NCBI GenBank assembly: GCA_044866005.1
Contig: JBIOTN010000159.1
Span: 1 to 33,151, forward strand
Reading direction: 5' to 3'
Length of the DNA: 33,151 nt
Source of the DNA: Candidatus Rokuibacteriota bacterium
GTDB lineage: Bacteria; Methylomirabilota; Methylomirabilia; Rokubacteriales; DASRDR01
Shown in pieces: positions 8,361-17,102 of the stretch. Both the position numbers and the translations under genes were made by a program. Position 1 is the stretch's first letter. Every line of letters begins with the position of its first letter. Under the pieces are notes generated by a model. The model saw nothing but the letters and a program-made list of their open reading frames with translations. It was not told the DNA's origin and searched no databases.

Positions 8361-9698
8361 TCAGAACCGCCAGGTGACGTCGAGATACGCCCGGTCGCTC
8401 GAGTCGAACTGCCCGAACAGCGTGTGCCCGGGTCCACCGAACACCTCGGCGCCCAGCACGATGGTGACCGATCCGGTTGCCAGGTACTCGATCTTGGGGC
8501 TGATCCGGTAGTCGCCGCGGTTCAGGCTGACGATGACGAGGAGCGTCGGGTTCAGCGTGTTGTCGAGGAACCCCGTCGTGACCCGGACCGCGACGAGCGA
8601 CGTCACCTGATCCTCGACCGGTCCGTTCCGCAGGTGCGCGGCCGACCCCGCGAGCACCTTCTGGCTGAACTGGAAAGCCGTGTCGAGTGTCCTGAAGAAC
8701 GTGTAGTCCACGCCGAGCAGGTAGTCCAGCGTGTCCCGCCGGACGACGCCGTCAGAGTCCGTCGGATCGGTCGTCTCGTAGCGCTTACCGATCGTGTAGG
8801 CCGCTTCAGCGCGCACGACGACGGGCTCGATGCTCTTGGCCACGGTGCCGCCGACGATGTGCACGCGCGGATGAGTGGGCTCCAGGAACGTGGTCGGCGG
8901 GCCCGCGTCTTGCGGCACCCGGCGCTGGCGCAGGACCTGGAACGGGTCCTTCGTGTCGTAGTAGATCAGCGACAGGTCCCAGCCCTTCGTCAGCCAGGAG
9001 AGCCGGAAGCCGCCCGCGCTCTCGCCGAAGTCGAACTGTTCCTGCTCGCCGGAGCGCGTCACGACCGGTCCCGGGAACTGGAACGCCGGAGAGCGGAACT
9101 CGAAGTCGCTGCCCGGCTTGGCGTTGCGGTTGAAGCGGACGTCGGGCGTCCACACGCCTTCCAGGTTGACGCCCTCCGCAATGTGATACGTGACGTCGAG
9201 GGCCCACAGCGGGATGCGGATCTCGGTGAAGTCGGGCAGGATGAACTCGCGGAAGTCCTTGGGGTTCACCACGTCGGTGATGAACGTGCCGATCGCCTCA
9301 CCCCAGACGATCTGCTGGCGCCCGACCCGTACGTCGGCCGGACCGGCGGACCAGGAGAGGAGCGCCTGGCGCAGCGACAGCTCCGTCTGCTGGTCTCGCC
9401 TCACCTCGTGAGGGAACCGGTCGGTCGCGTCGAAGACGCCGTCCCACCACGCGCGCACCTCGACGCGGAGGTTCAACGACTCGGAGAAGTCGTACTTGCC
9501 GTCGCCCCAGCCGATCGTGCGGATCTTGGCGAAGTCCGGCGAATCGGCGATACGGTACGCGAATTCTTCTTTCAAGCGGCCGCGAAGCCGGAGCGACTTC
9601 GCCCAATCCGGCAGCAGCCTGTCTTCGTCTGCGGCGAGCGCTGCCGGCGCGACCAGGCACGACAGCGCCGTGACCGCGACGAGCAGGAGCCTAGTCAA
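8361..9698 (-). CDS. Outer-membrane beta-barrel protein (DUF1302-like)
   Basis: Signal peptide (LLLVAVTALSCLVAPAALA), DVRVGRQQIVWG and DVVNPKD motifs, alternating beta-strand pattern, C-terminal Phe (VTWRF). TTG start overlaps the upstream gene. Confidence 0.8.
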   Translation of the reverse strand: MTRLLLVAVTALSCLVAPAALAADEDRLLPDWAKSLRLRGRLKEEFAYRIADSPDFAKIRTIGWGDGKYDFSESLNLRVEVRAWWDGVFDATDRFPHEVRRDQQTELSLRQALLSWSAGPADVRVGRQQIVWGEAIGTFITDVVNPKDFREFILPDFTEIRIPLWALDVTYHIAEGVNLEGVWTPDVRFNRNAKPGSDFEFRSPAFQFPGPVVTRSGEQEQFDFGESAGGFRLSWLTKGWDLSLIYYDTKDPFQVLRQRRVPQDAGPPTTFLEPTHPRVHIVGGTVAKSIEPVVVRAEAAYTIGKRYETTDPTDSDGVVRRDTLDYLLGVDYTFFRTLDTAFQFSQKVLAGSAAHLRNGPVEDQVTSLVAVRVTTGFLDNTLNPTLLVIVSLNRGDYRISPKIEYLATGSVTIVLGAEVFGGPGHTLFGQFDSSDRAYLDVTWRF

Positions 9699-10419
9699 GG
9701 CTCTTCATGTAGTTCTTGTCGAAGTACTTTTCGGGGATGTCCCGGACGCGGAGGTCGCTGAAGTCGATGACCGACTTGAAATCCTTACGGATCGCGTCGA
9801 TGAGCGTCAGCCGCGTGGGGCGCCGCCGCCCGCCGGCGTCCTTGTACTCCTCGAAGAACCCCGTCTTGAGCAGCGTGCCCGTCCCGGCGTAGAACTCTGC
9901 CTTCATCGGGTTGAAGGTCTCCTTGGCCACCCAGTACTTGATCGTCGAATACGTCACGTCCTTGGACTTGCCCTTGAGGCCGAGGACGTAGCAGTCGACG
10001 CCGTTGACCTTCTCCTCGCTCGCCAGCGTCGGCGTGTAGTCGGCGGCGAAGTTCGTCCGGGCGATGTCCCCGTTCGACACCTGGCCCACGAGCCGCTGCG
10101 CCAGTGGGATGCGAACCGGCTTGCCGGCGTCGGGAAGGAAAATCCAGAGATCGTTTCCGAGTCCCAGGAGCGACCGCCCCTGCATGCGCGGGGGCGAGAC
10201 GAACTTGACGAAGGTCCTCTCCAGGCCCTTGGAGTAGACCTCGAAGCCGTTGACCACGGGCGTCTTGCCGGGCTCGTAGTTCGTGATCGTCACGTTCCAG
10301 ATGAAGCTGCCGGCCGGCGCCCGGACCAGGTCGGCCTTCTTCACGATTTCCGCCGCGTCTTGCCCGAAGGCCGAGAGCGGCAGGAGCGCCACGAGCAGCG
10401 TGAACAGACACCTACACAT
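9691..10419 (-). CDS. Outer-membrane lipoprotein-sorting protein (LolA-like fold)
   Basis: Signal peptide, AAEIVKKAD, LWIFLP...PVRIPLAQRLVGQVSNGDIAR, YSTIKYWV, KAEFY...LLKT; typical position between ABC permease and barrel. Confidence 0.85.
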   Translation of the reverse strand: MCRCLFTLLVALLPLSAFGQDAAEIVKKADLVRAPAGSFIWNVTITNYEPGKTPVVNGFEVYSKGLERTFVKFVSPPRMQGRSLLGLGNDLWIFLPDAGKPVRIPLAQRLVGQVSNGDIARTNFAADYTPTLASEEKVNGVDCYVLGLKGKSKDVTYSTIKYWVAKETFNPMKAEFYAGTGTLLKTGFFEEYKDAGGRRRPTRLTLIDAIRKDFKSVIDFSDLRVRDIPEKYFDKNYMKSLD

Positions 10420-11638
10420 GTCGAAGAGCCTCCACGATGTCGAGGCGCGAGGCGCGCCAGGCAGGGTAGAGCGACGAGATGACAGCCGCCAGCAGCGCGA
10501 GCAGGAACGCCTGGATCAGCACGCTGGGCACCACGAGGATCTCGGCGGTGAAGCCGCGCGTGGACCCGGGTGGCGGCGGCATGGGAATGCCGAAGTACGA
10601 GATGATCTGCGCGAGCACGACCCCGATCACGATGCCGACCAGCCCGCCCAGGATGCCGAGCGTGAGCCCCTCCAGCATGAACATCCAGATGACGTCGCGG
10701 CGGCGCGTGCCGAGCGCCATCACGGTGCCGATCTCCTTGGTACGCTCGAGGATGGCCATCGTCATCGTATTCGCGACGCCCAGGACGACGATGAGTGCCA
10801 CGATGACGATCAGCGTGTTGAAAATCCGGCTGAAGAGCTGTCGGACCTGATGGTAGCGGGTCGCCAGCTCCTCCCACGTCTTCATCTCCAGGGCGAGGTT
10901 CCGCTCCTTGATCAACGATGCGATGCGATCCCGGACGAAGGGCGTGTTCTCGGTCTTGTCCACCGAGATGGCGACGGACTGGACCTCGCCTTCGTTGTCC
11001 AGGAGCCGCTGGACCTCGGAGATGGGCGCCTTGAGGAAGCGATCGTCGAAGGCCTTCTCCCCGGACTCCCAGGTGCCGCGCACCTTCACGGCCAGCGCGT
11101 TGATCGCGCCGCTCTTTGTCGTGCTCAGCAGCGTGAGGTCGGCGCCGGGCTTGACGCCCAGGCCCTGGGCGAGGCCCAGGCCGAGCACGACGCCGCCCGA
11201 GTCATCGGACTTCAGCTCCTCACCTTCGACGACCCGGGCGAACGCCGACAGCTTCGCTTCGGTTTCCGGCTGCACGCCGGACCCGACGAACGACGTCGTG
11301 GTCTCGCCCGTGGACACGAGGCCCGAAAAGCCGAGGCGGGGCGTCACCTGCGTCACGTGCTCGATGCGGGAGACCAGGTCGCGGACTTCGCCGTAGTTGG
11401 GAATCATGTATTCGAACGGAGCGATCGAGCCCTTCTCGGAATAGCCCTTCCGGTAGAGCTGGATGTGGCCGATCTGACTCTGGATCGCCTGCTCGCGGAC
11501 GCCGACATACGTGTGCTGGACGAATCCGCCGAACAGGATGACCGAGGTGGCCCCGAAGGCCATGGCGGCGAGCGTGATCAGCGTGCGCCGGGTGTTTCGC
11601 AGCACGTTCCGGAGAGCGAGCTTCAGGAACAGTCCCAT
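10412..11638 (-). CDS. ABC transporter permease, LolC/E-FtsX-MacB type
   Basis: LALRNVLRNTRRTLIT, large periplasmic domain, ERTKEIGTVMALG, YPAWRASRLDIVEALR; AAGGAG RBS. Confidence 0.93.
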   Translation of the reverse strand: MGLFLKLALRNVLRNTRRTLITLAAMAFGATSVILFGGFVQHTYVGVREQAIQSQIGHIQLYRKGYSEKGSIAPFEYMIPNYGEVRDLVSRIEHVTQVTPRLGFSGLVSTGETTTSFVGSGVQPETEAKLSAFARVVEGEELKSDDSGGVVLGLGLAQGLGVKPGADLTLLSTTKSGAINALAVKVRGTWESGEKAFDDRFLKAPISEVQRLLDNEGEVQSVAISVDKTENTPFVRDRIASLIKERNLALEMKTWEELATRYHQVRQLFSRIFNTLIVIVALIVVLGVANTMTMAILERTKEIGTVMALGTRRRDVIWMFMLEGLTLGILGGLVGIVIGVVLAQIISYFGIPMPPPPGSTRGFTAEILVVPSVLIQAFLLALLAAVISSLYPAWRASRLDIVEALRHV

Positions 11639-11698
11639 GTCAGTGTCTCCTTGCCTTCCGCGACATCGCGTCCGCGCTGACCCCTTGCCCTGTCCGGG

Positions 11699-12484
11699 TC
11701 ACGGCTGATGGCTCCCGGTGGAGTGGCCCTCGCCGGCATGACCGGGCTGGCGAGCATGGTGGACCGGCGCCTCGCTCCGGTGGTGCGTCGTGGACGGCTC
11801 GTAGTGGGCGTCGTGGACGTGGAGCTGACCGTCGCTGATCTCCAGGACGCGGTTGGCGAGCCGCATGAAGCGCTTGTCGTGGGTCGAGTAGATGAAGGTC
11901 GTGCCGTGCTCCCGGTTCAGGTGACGCATCAGCTCGACGATCTCGTGCCCGCTCTTGCTGTCGAGGTGGGCCGTCGGCTCGTCGGCCAGCACCAGCAGGG
12001 GATCGGTCACCAGCGCGCGCGCGATGGCCACCCGCTGCTGCTGGCCGCCCGACAGCTCGTTCGGCCGGTGGCTGGCGCGGTCGCCCAGGCCGACCTTCTC
12101 CAGCGCGCCCTGCACCAGGCTCGTGTTGTCCTTCGCCCGACCCTGCAACAGCAGCGGGTACTCGACGTTCTCGAAGGCGGTCAGCACCGGGATCAGGCTG
12201 AAGTTCTGGAAGATGAAACCGATCTTCTTCGACCGGATCTCCGCCAGTCGATCCGAGCTGAGCCGGCTGACCGGCTCACCGTCGACGAGAATCTCCCCGG
12301 ACGTCGGCGTGTCCAGGCAGCCGAGCAGGTTCAAGAGCGTGCTCTTCCCCGCTCCCGAGGGGCCCGCCACCGCGACGAACTCCCCGTGATCGACGGCGAA
12401 GCTCATGCCGCGCAGCGCGTCCACCGTCAGCTTGCCGAGCCGATAGCTCTTTCGCAGGTCCTGTACCTCGACGACGGGTTTCAC
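11699..12484 (-). CDS. ABC transporter ATP-binding protein, LolD/MacB type, with His-rich tail
   Basis: GPSGAGKST, IGFIFQNF, LSGGQQQRVAIARAL, LADEPT, STHD; GTG start with GGAGGAGG RBS. Confidence 0.95.
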   Translation of the reverse strand: MKPVVEVQDLRKSYRLGKLTVDALRGMSFAVDHGEFVAVAGPSGAGKSTLLNLLGCLDTPTSGEILVDGEPVSRLSSDRLAEIRSKKIGFIFQNFSLIPVLTAFENVEYPLLLQGRAKDNTSLVQGALEKVGLGDRASHRPNELSGGQQQRVAIARALVTDPLLVLADEPTAHLDSKSGHEIVELMRHLNREHGTTFIYSTHDKRFMRLANRVLEISDGQLHVHDAHYEPSTTHHRSEAPVHHARQPGHAGEGHSTGSHQP

Positions 12485-12586
12485 GGAAGTGCCTCCTCCG
12501 TCATGCGCGCCAGGGGCTCGTGGCCACGCCGGTCATGCGACCCGCGGCGGCCTCATCGTTCGACTCGCGAGACAACTGCGTCGCAC

Positions 12587-13606
12587 CTACCCGGCGGTCG
12601 CCGGGCCGAGAGCCTGCGCGATCCCGCCCAGCCTGGCGGGCGAGTCGGCGGCGTAGGCGCGGACGTCCGGATGGATCTGCCGAACCAGGCCGGTGAGGAC
12701 CCGGCCGGGGCCGACCTCCAGGTACGTGCCGCACCCGGCCTCCAGAAGCCGCTCGACGCAGGCGACCCAGCGGACCGGGCTCGTGATCTGGGCGACGAGC
12801 GCCCGGTGGACCTCGTCGGCGGTCTCGAGGATGCGGCCTGGCGCATTCGCGACCAGGGGGACGGCCGGGTCTTTCCACTCGACGCGCTCCATCGCGGCCG
12901 CCAGGCGGGCCTGGACCGGCGCCATCAGCGAGCTGTGGAATGCGGCCCCCACCTGCAGGCGGATCGCCCGCTCGGCGCCGGCTTCGACGGCGAGCGCCGT
13001 GAGCCGCTCGACGGCCGGCGCGTCGCCGGACACCACCAGCTGCGTGGGGGCGTTGATGTTGGCGAGCTCGACGGTGCCGAGCGCCGAGGCCGTGGCGCAG
13101 AGCGGCCGCAGGCGTTCCGCGTCGAGACCGATGATGGCCGCCATCGCGCCCGGCCGCTCGACCTGGACCTGGCCCATGAGCCGCCCACGCTCGCAGACGA
13201 GCCGCATCCCGTCCTCGACCGACAGGGCGCCCGCGACGACAGCCGCCGTGTATTCCCCCAGGCTGTGACCGGCGACGAAATCGGGCCGGAGCCCGACCGC
13301 CCGCGCCTGGTCGCCCAGGGCCAGGCAGACGGCAAAGAGCGCGGGCTGGGCGATCTCGGTCCGGGTCAGGGCGTCCAGCGGGCCATCCAGGCACAGCTTC
13401 CCGATGGGATGCCCGGCGTGGGCCTCGGCGAGCGCCACGTAGCGCTCGAACAGCTCCGGCTGGCTTCGCGCGAGCTCGGCGCCCATTCCGACCCGCTGGG
13501 AGCCCTGCCCCGGGAACAGGAACGCGACCTTCGCTCCGGCCGCGCCCGCAGCCACCGGGGCGCGCGCCGGGAGGCTGCGATCGGATTCGGCGGAGGCCGA
13601 TTCCAT
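12587..13606 (-). CDS. fabD: Malonyl-CoA:ACP transacylase
   Basis: FPGQGSQ, AQPALF, GHSLGE catalytic Ser, AFHS, EVGPG; ATG overlaps the upstream TGA (TGATG). Confidence 0.93.
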   Translation of the reverse strand: MESASAESDRSLPARAPVAAGAAGAKVAFLFPGQGSQRVGMGAELARSQPELFERYVALAEAHAGHPIGKLCLDGPLDALTRTEIAQPALFAVCLALGDQARAVGLRPDFVAGHSLGEYTAAVVAGALSVEDGMRLVCERGRLMGQVQVERPGAMAAIIGLDAERLRPLCATASALGTVELANINAPTQLVVSGDAPAVERLTALAVEAGAERAIRLQVGAAFHSSLMAPVQARLAAAMERVEWKDPAVPLVANAPGRILETADEVHRALVAQITSPVRWVACVERLLEAGCGTYLEVGPGRVLTGLVRQIHPDVRAYAADSPARLGGIAQALGPATAG

Positions 13607-14721
13607 CACGTCGCGCTCGCAACGCCGGACATCCGGGCCGTCGGGGCCGGCCATTCCGCCGACCAGTCCAGGATCATCCCCGCGTACGTCCACTTCGTGG
13701 CCTCCAGGCCCACGAGCATGATCCGATCGCCCGGCTTGATCCGGCCGGCTCGCCAGGCGTCGTCGAGCATGATCGGCACCGCCGCGGAGCCGGTCGCGCC
13801 CCGCGAGGCGAGGTTGTCGAAGATCTTCGGCTGGAGGGCGACCCATTCCTCCGTCCGGAGGCGCGCCGCCTCGAGGGCCTCCAGCATCCAGCCCACGTTG
13901 CCTTCGGGGATCAGACAGAGGTCGATCGACTCGGCTCCGACGCCGGTGCGCCCCAGCGTCTCGGCCAACGCCTCGGTGATCATGTACGGCGTGAATCGGC
14001 CCGCCTCGACCACGTCCACGCGCAGGTCCGGGAACCTGGGCGAGGCCAGCTGCTTGTGGATCGGCGCCTGCGTCCCGCCGCCGAGCGCCAGGATGCCGGG
14101 TTTCTTGCCCCCCCCTATGCAGGCCATCACCGATCCGACGATGCCGCGGCCCTCCTCGCTCCGCTGGAGGACCACGGCGCCGGCCCCGTCTCCGAACATG
14201 TAGAGCGCGAGGCGGTCACGCATCCGGATGGAGGCGGGATCCTTGCCCAGGAACAGCGGAACGAGGGCGGGCGAGATGGCCTCGGACCCGATCACGACCG
14301 CGGTCTGGTGCCCCCCCTGCTCCAGGTAGAGGCGGGCGACGTCCAGGGCCTGGACCCAGCCGGCGCCGCCGGAACGGAACTCCATGGTCGCGCACCGGCC
14401 CAGGCCGAGCTTGTCCAGCACGAGATTGACTACCGCCGGGATGGGGTAATCCGGGGTGGCCGTGGAGAGCACCAGGAGGTCCACCTGCTCCGGCGCGAGG
14501 CCTGCGACCTCCAGCGCCTGCTTCACCGCCTTGACCGCCATGTCCGAGTTGTTCTCGCGGTGCTCGCCCGTCGCGGGATCCACCATCCAGTAACGGCGCT
14601 GGACGGACACGCCCGCCAGGACGTCCTCGTCCAGCGGTCCCACCAGCCGCTCGAGGTCCTCGTTGGTCAGCGGCTCGCCCGGAAGATACGCGCCGGTGCT
14701 CAGGACCCGTACCCCCTTCAT
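13606..14721 (-). CDS. FabH/KAS III-fold protein with the catalytic triad substituted
   Basis: TGAYLP, LSTATPDY, VIGSE, FGDGAGAVVL, IKPGDRIMLVG place it in the KAS III fold; triad positions read SGGAGW, IPEGN, GATG. ATGA overlap at 14718-14721. Confidence 0.88.
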   Translation of the reverse strand: MKGVRVLSTGAYLPGEPLTNEDLERLVGPLDEDVLAGVSVQRRYWMVDPATGEHRENNSDMAVKAVKQALEVAGLAPEQVDLLVLSTATPDYPIPAVVNLVLDKLGLGRCATMEFRSGGAGWVQALDVARLYLEQGGHQTAVVIGSEAISPALVPLFLGKDPASIRMRDRLALYMFGDGAGAVVLQRSEEGRGIVGSVMACIGGGKKPGILALGGGTQAPIHKQLASPRFPDLRVDVVEAGRFTPYMITEALAETLGRTGVGAESIDLCLIPEGNVGWMLEALEAARLRTEEWVALQPKIFDNLASRGATGSAAVPIMLDDAWRAGRIKPGDRIMLVGLEATKWTYAGMILDWSAEWPAPTARMSGVASAT

Positions 14722-17102
14722 GGTCCCGTCTCCCGACCAGGGGTCGACTCTCGATAGGGCGCCAGCACGATGGAGAAATGCGTCCCGCCCAGCGACGAGC
14801 TGTTGACGAGGGCGGGCCCCTGGAGCAGCCCGTGGGCGGCTCGCTGCCAGCCCTTCAGCGCGAGCGCCGCGCTCAACGCGCCGCCGACGCCGATGGGCTC
14901 GCCCAGGAGGAGCTTGGGGGCCGCGACGCGCGTCTGCGTGCCGACCACGCGCCGGATGGCAGCGGCCTCCGCTCGGTCGGCCGCCCGGTAGCCGGAATAC
15001 CCGGCCCAGATCCCGCTCACGTCGGCCGGCTTCAAACCGCTGCGCTCCACGGCGAGCCGCATCGCCCGCGCGAGCCCCCGGCCCCACGGGTCGAACGCCC
15101 CGACCCCGAGCCCGTCCGACGCGATGCCGTATCCCAGCACTTCGCCGTAGATCCGCGCGCCTCGCGCCCGCGCGTGTCCGAGCCGCTCCAGGATCAGCGA
15201 CGCTCCCGCCTCGGCCAGCGCGAACCCGCCGGCGGGCGAGAGAAGCCCGAGCTGTCGGTAGGCGCGGATCACGGCGTCGGTCAGGGTGTCGGCGGCCACG
15301 CAGAGCAGCGCGTCGGCGCGACCGTCGGCGACGAGGTCGCGCCCGTAGCAGATCGCCGACGCCCCGGCCGCATGAAGCGCCGTGACCGTGGAGGTCGGCC
15401 CCACCGTGCCGAGGTGGACCGCCACGTGGCCGGCGGCGGCGTTGTAGACCGTGTTCGGGAAGATCGCGGGGTTCGCGGCCGACGGCCCTTCGTGGAGCAG
15501 GGGCCCGACGAACCGCTCCATGGTCTCCATGGGGCCGAGGCCCGTCCCGAACACCACGCCCACGCGGTGCCGGTTCTTCGCGCTCACCTCGACCCCGGCG
15601 TCCCGGAGGGCGAGCTGGGACGCGACGACCGCGAAGATTCCGAGCCGATCCATGCGCCGCTGATCCCGCGCAGCCAGGAACGGCGAGGCATCGAGGCGGA
15701 CACGGCCCAGTGGCACGCCGTCCTCCACCTGGATGGAGGGCCGGGACGTGGCGACGGCCTGGTAGACCTCGTCCACGTCGCAGCCCGCGCTGGTGAGCGT
15801 CGCGAGACCCGTCACCACGACCCGGTCGAGCTCGGGCCGGGGTAATGGCGTCGTGAGCGCACGCGGCCGCGCGAGCACCAGGCAGGCGTTCGCGCCGCCG
15901 AACGCAAAGTTGGTGGAGAGCGCCACGTCGGTGCTCACGGGACGCGCCGCGTTCGGGACGTAGTCCAGGTCGCACTCCGGATCGGTCGCTTCGTAGTTCG
16001 CGGTCGGAGGGGCGAGCTGCTCCACCAGGGCCCTGGTCGTGACGATGGCTTCGACCGCGCCGGCCGCGCCGAGGAGGTGGCCGATCATCGATTTGGTACT
16101 GCTCACCGACGCACGGTCCGCGGCGGCGCCGAGCGCCAGACGGATGGCGTTGGTCTCCGCGGCGTCGTTCTTCGCGGTTCCGGTTCCGTGCCCGTTGATG
16201 TAGCCGACCTGCTCGGGAGAGACGCCCGCGGCGGCCAGCGCGGCCCGGATCGCGCGCGCGGCGCCTTCCCCTTCGGGATGCGGGGCGGTGGGGTGGTAGC
16301 CGTCGGCGGAGAGCCCGTATCCCGCGACCTCGGCCAACATCGAAAGTGCGAAGCGCCGGGCCAGGTCTTCGCGCACGAGGACGAGCATGCCGCTGCCTTC
16401 CCCGAGGGAGAGCCCCTGACGGCTCCGCGAATACGGAGCGGCCGGACGGGGCGACAGCGACTCCAGGGCACTGAATCCGGCAAAGAGGAAATCCGACAGG
16501 GCATCGGCGCCGCCCGCCAGGGCGGCGTCCGCGTGGCCGGCGCGGATCAGCTCGGCGGCGTACCCGATGGCGTTCGCGCCGGCCGCGCACGCGGTGTTAA
16601 CGGAGAGCACGGGTCCTTTCAGGCCGAAGGCGCCGCTCACCGCTTCGGCGAGCGCCTGGGGTGGGGCGAGGAGGAGCAAGCCCGGCTCCTGGGACCCCCA
16701 GACGAGCTCGCCGGCATACCAGTCCTCTGCGCTCAGCAGGCCCGCATTGCAGGTCCCCATCACGACGGCCCAGCGTTCGGGGGGAACGTGATCGAAGTCG
16801 AGTCCCGCCGCGAGCATCGCCTCCTCGGCCGCGCGGATCGCGAAGTCGATCGCCGGCTCCCGGTACCCCTCCGGCCGCCGATAATAGTGCTTGGGCAGAT
16901 AGACCGGCTGCGCCTCGCCGCCGATGCGCGTGCCAAACCCTTCCATCGGGATCTGACGAACCGGACGGATGGCCACGCGCCCGGCCTTGACGCCGTCCCA
17001 CAGGTCCTCGGCGGTCAGGCCCTGGGCGGTGACGGCGCCGACACCGACGACGACGACACGGTTCACCGCTTCGCGCGCCTCCGGAATGGCTCGCTCCCTC
17101 AC
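14718..17102 (-). CDS. Fused beta-ketoacyl synthase / chain-length-factor-like didomain protein
   Basis: N-domain intact (NTACAAG, NGHGTGT, KSMIGH, FAFGG); second KS fold from about 15830 (RVVVTG, FPNTVYNAAAG) lacks the Cys and both His. Start GTG 17102 (GTGA overlap) or GTG 17066. Confidence 0.9.
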   Translation of the reverse strand: MRERAIPEAREAVNRVVVVGVGAVTAQGLTAEDLWDGVKAGRVAIRPVRQIPMEGFGTRIGGEAQPVYLPKHYYRRPEGYREPAIDFAIRAAEEAMLAAGLDFDHVPPERWAVVMGTCNAGLLSAEDWYAGELVWGSQEPGLLLLAPPQALAEAVSGAFGLKGPVLSVNTACAAGANAIGYAAELIRAGHADAALAGGADALSDFLFAGFSALESLSPRPAAPYSRSRQGLSLGEGSGMLVLVREDLARRFALSMLAEVAGYGLSADGYHPTAPHPEGEGAARAIRAALAAAGVSPEQVGYINGHGTGTAKNDAAETNAIRLALGAAADRASVSSTKSMIGHLLGAAGAVEAIVTTRALVEQLAPPTANYEATDPECDLDYVPNAARPVSTDVALSTNFAFGGANACLVLARPRALTTPLPRPELDRVVVTGLATLTSAGCDVDEVYQAVATSRPSIQVEDGVPLGRVRLDASPFLAARDQRRMDRLGIFAVVASQLALRDAGVEVSAKNRHRVGVVFGTGLGPMETMERFVGPLLHEGPSAANPAIFPNTVYNAAAGHVAVHLGTVGPTSTVTALHAAGASAICYGRDLVADGRADALLCVAADTLTDAVIRAYRQLGLLSPAGGFALAEAGASLILERLGHARARGARIYGEVLGYGIASDGLGVGAFDPWGRGLARAMRLAVERSGLKPADVSGIWAGYSGYRAADRAEAAAIRRVVGTQTRVAAPKLLLGEPIGVGGALSAALALKGWQRAAHGLLQGPALVNSSSLGGTHFSIVLAPYRESTPGRETGP

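Noticed and set aside
14365..14367. FabH Cys->Gly as a single-base sequencing error (TGC/GGC)
   Set aside because: The His and Asn positions are also replaced by multi-base changes, so one error cannot explain the pattern.
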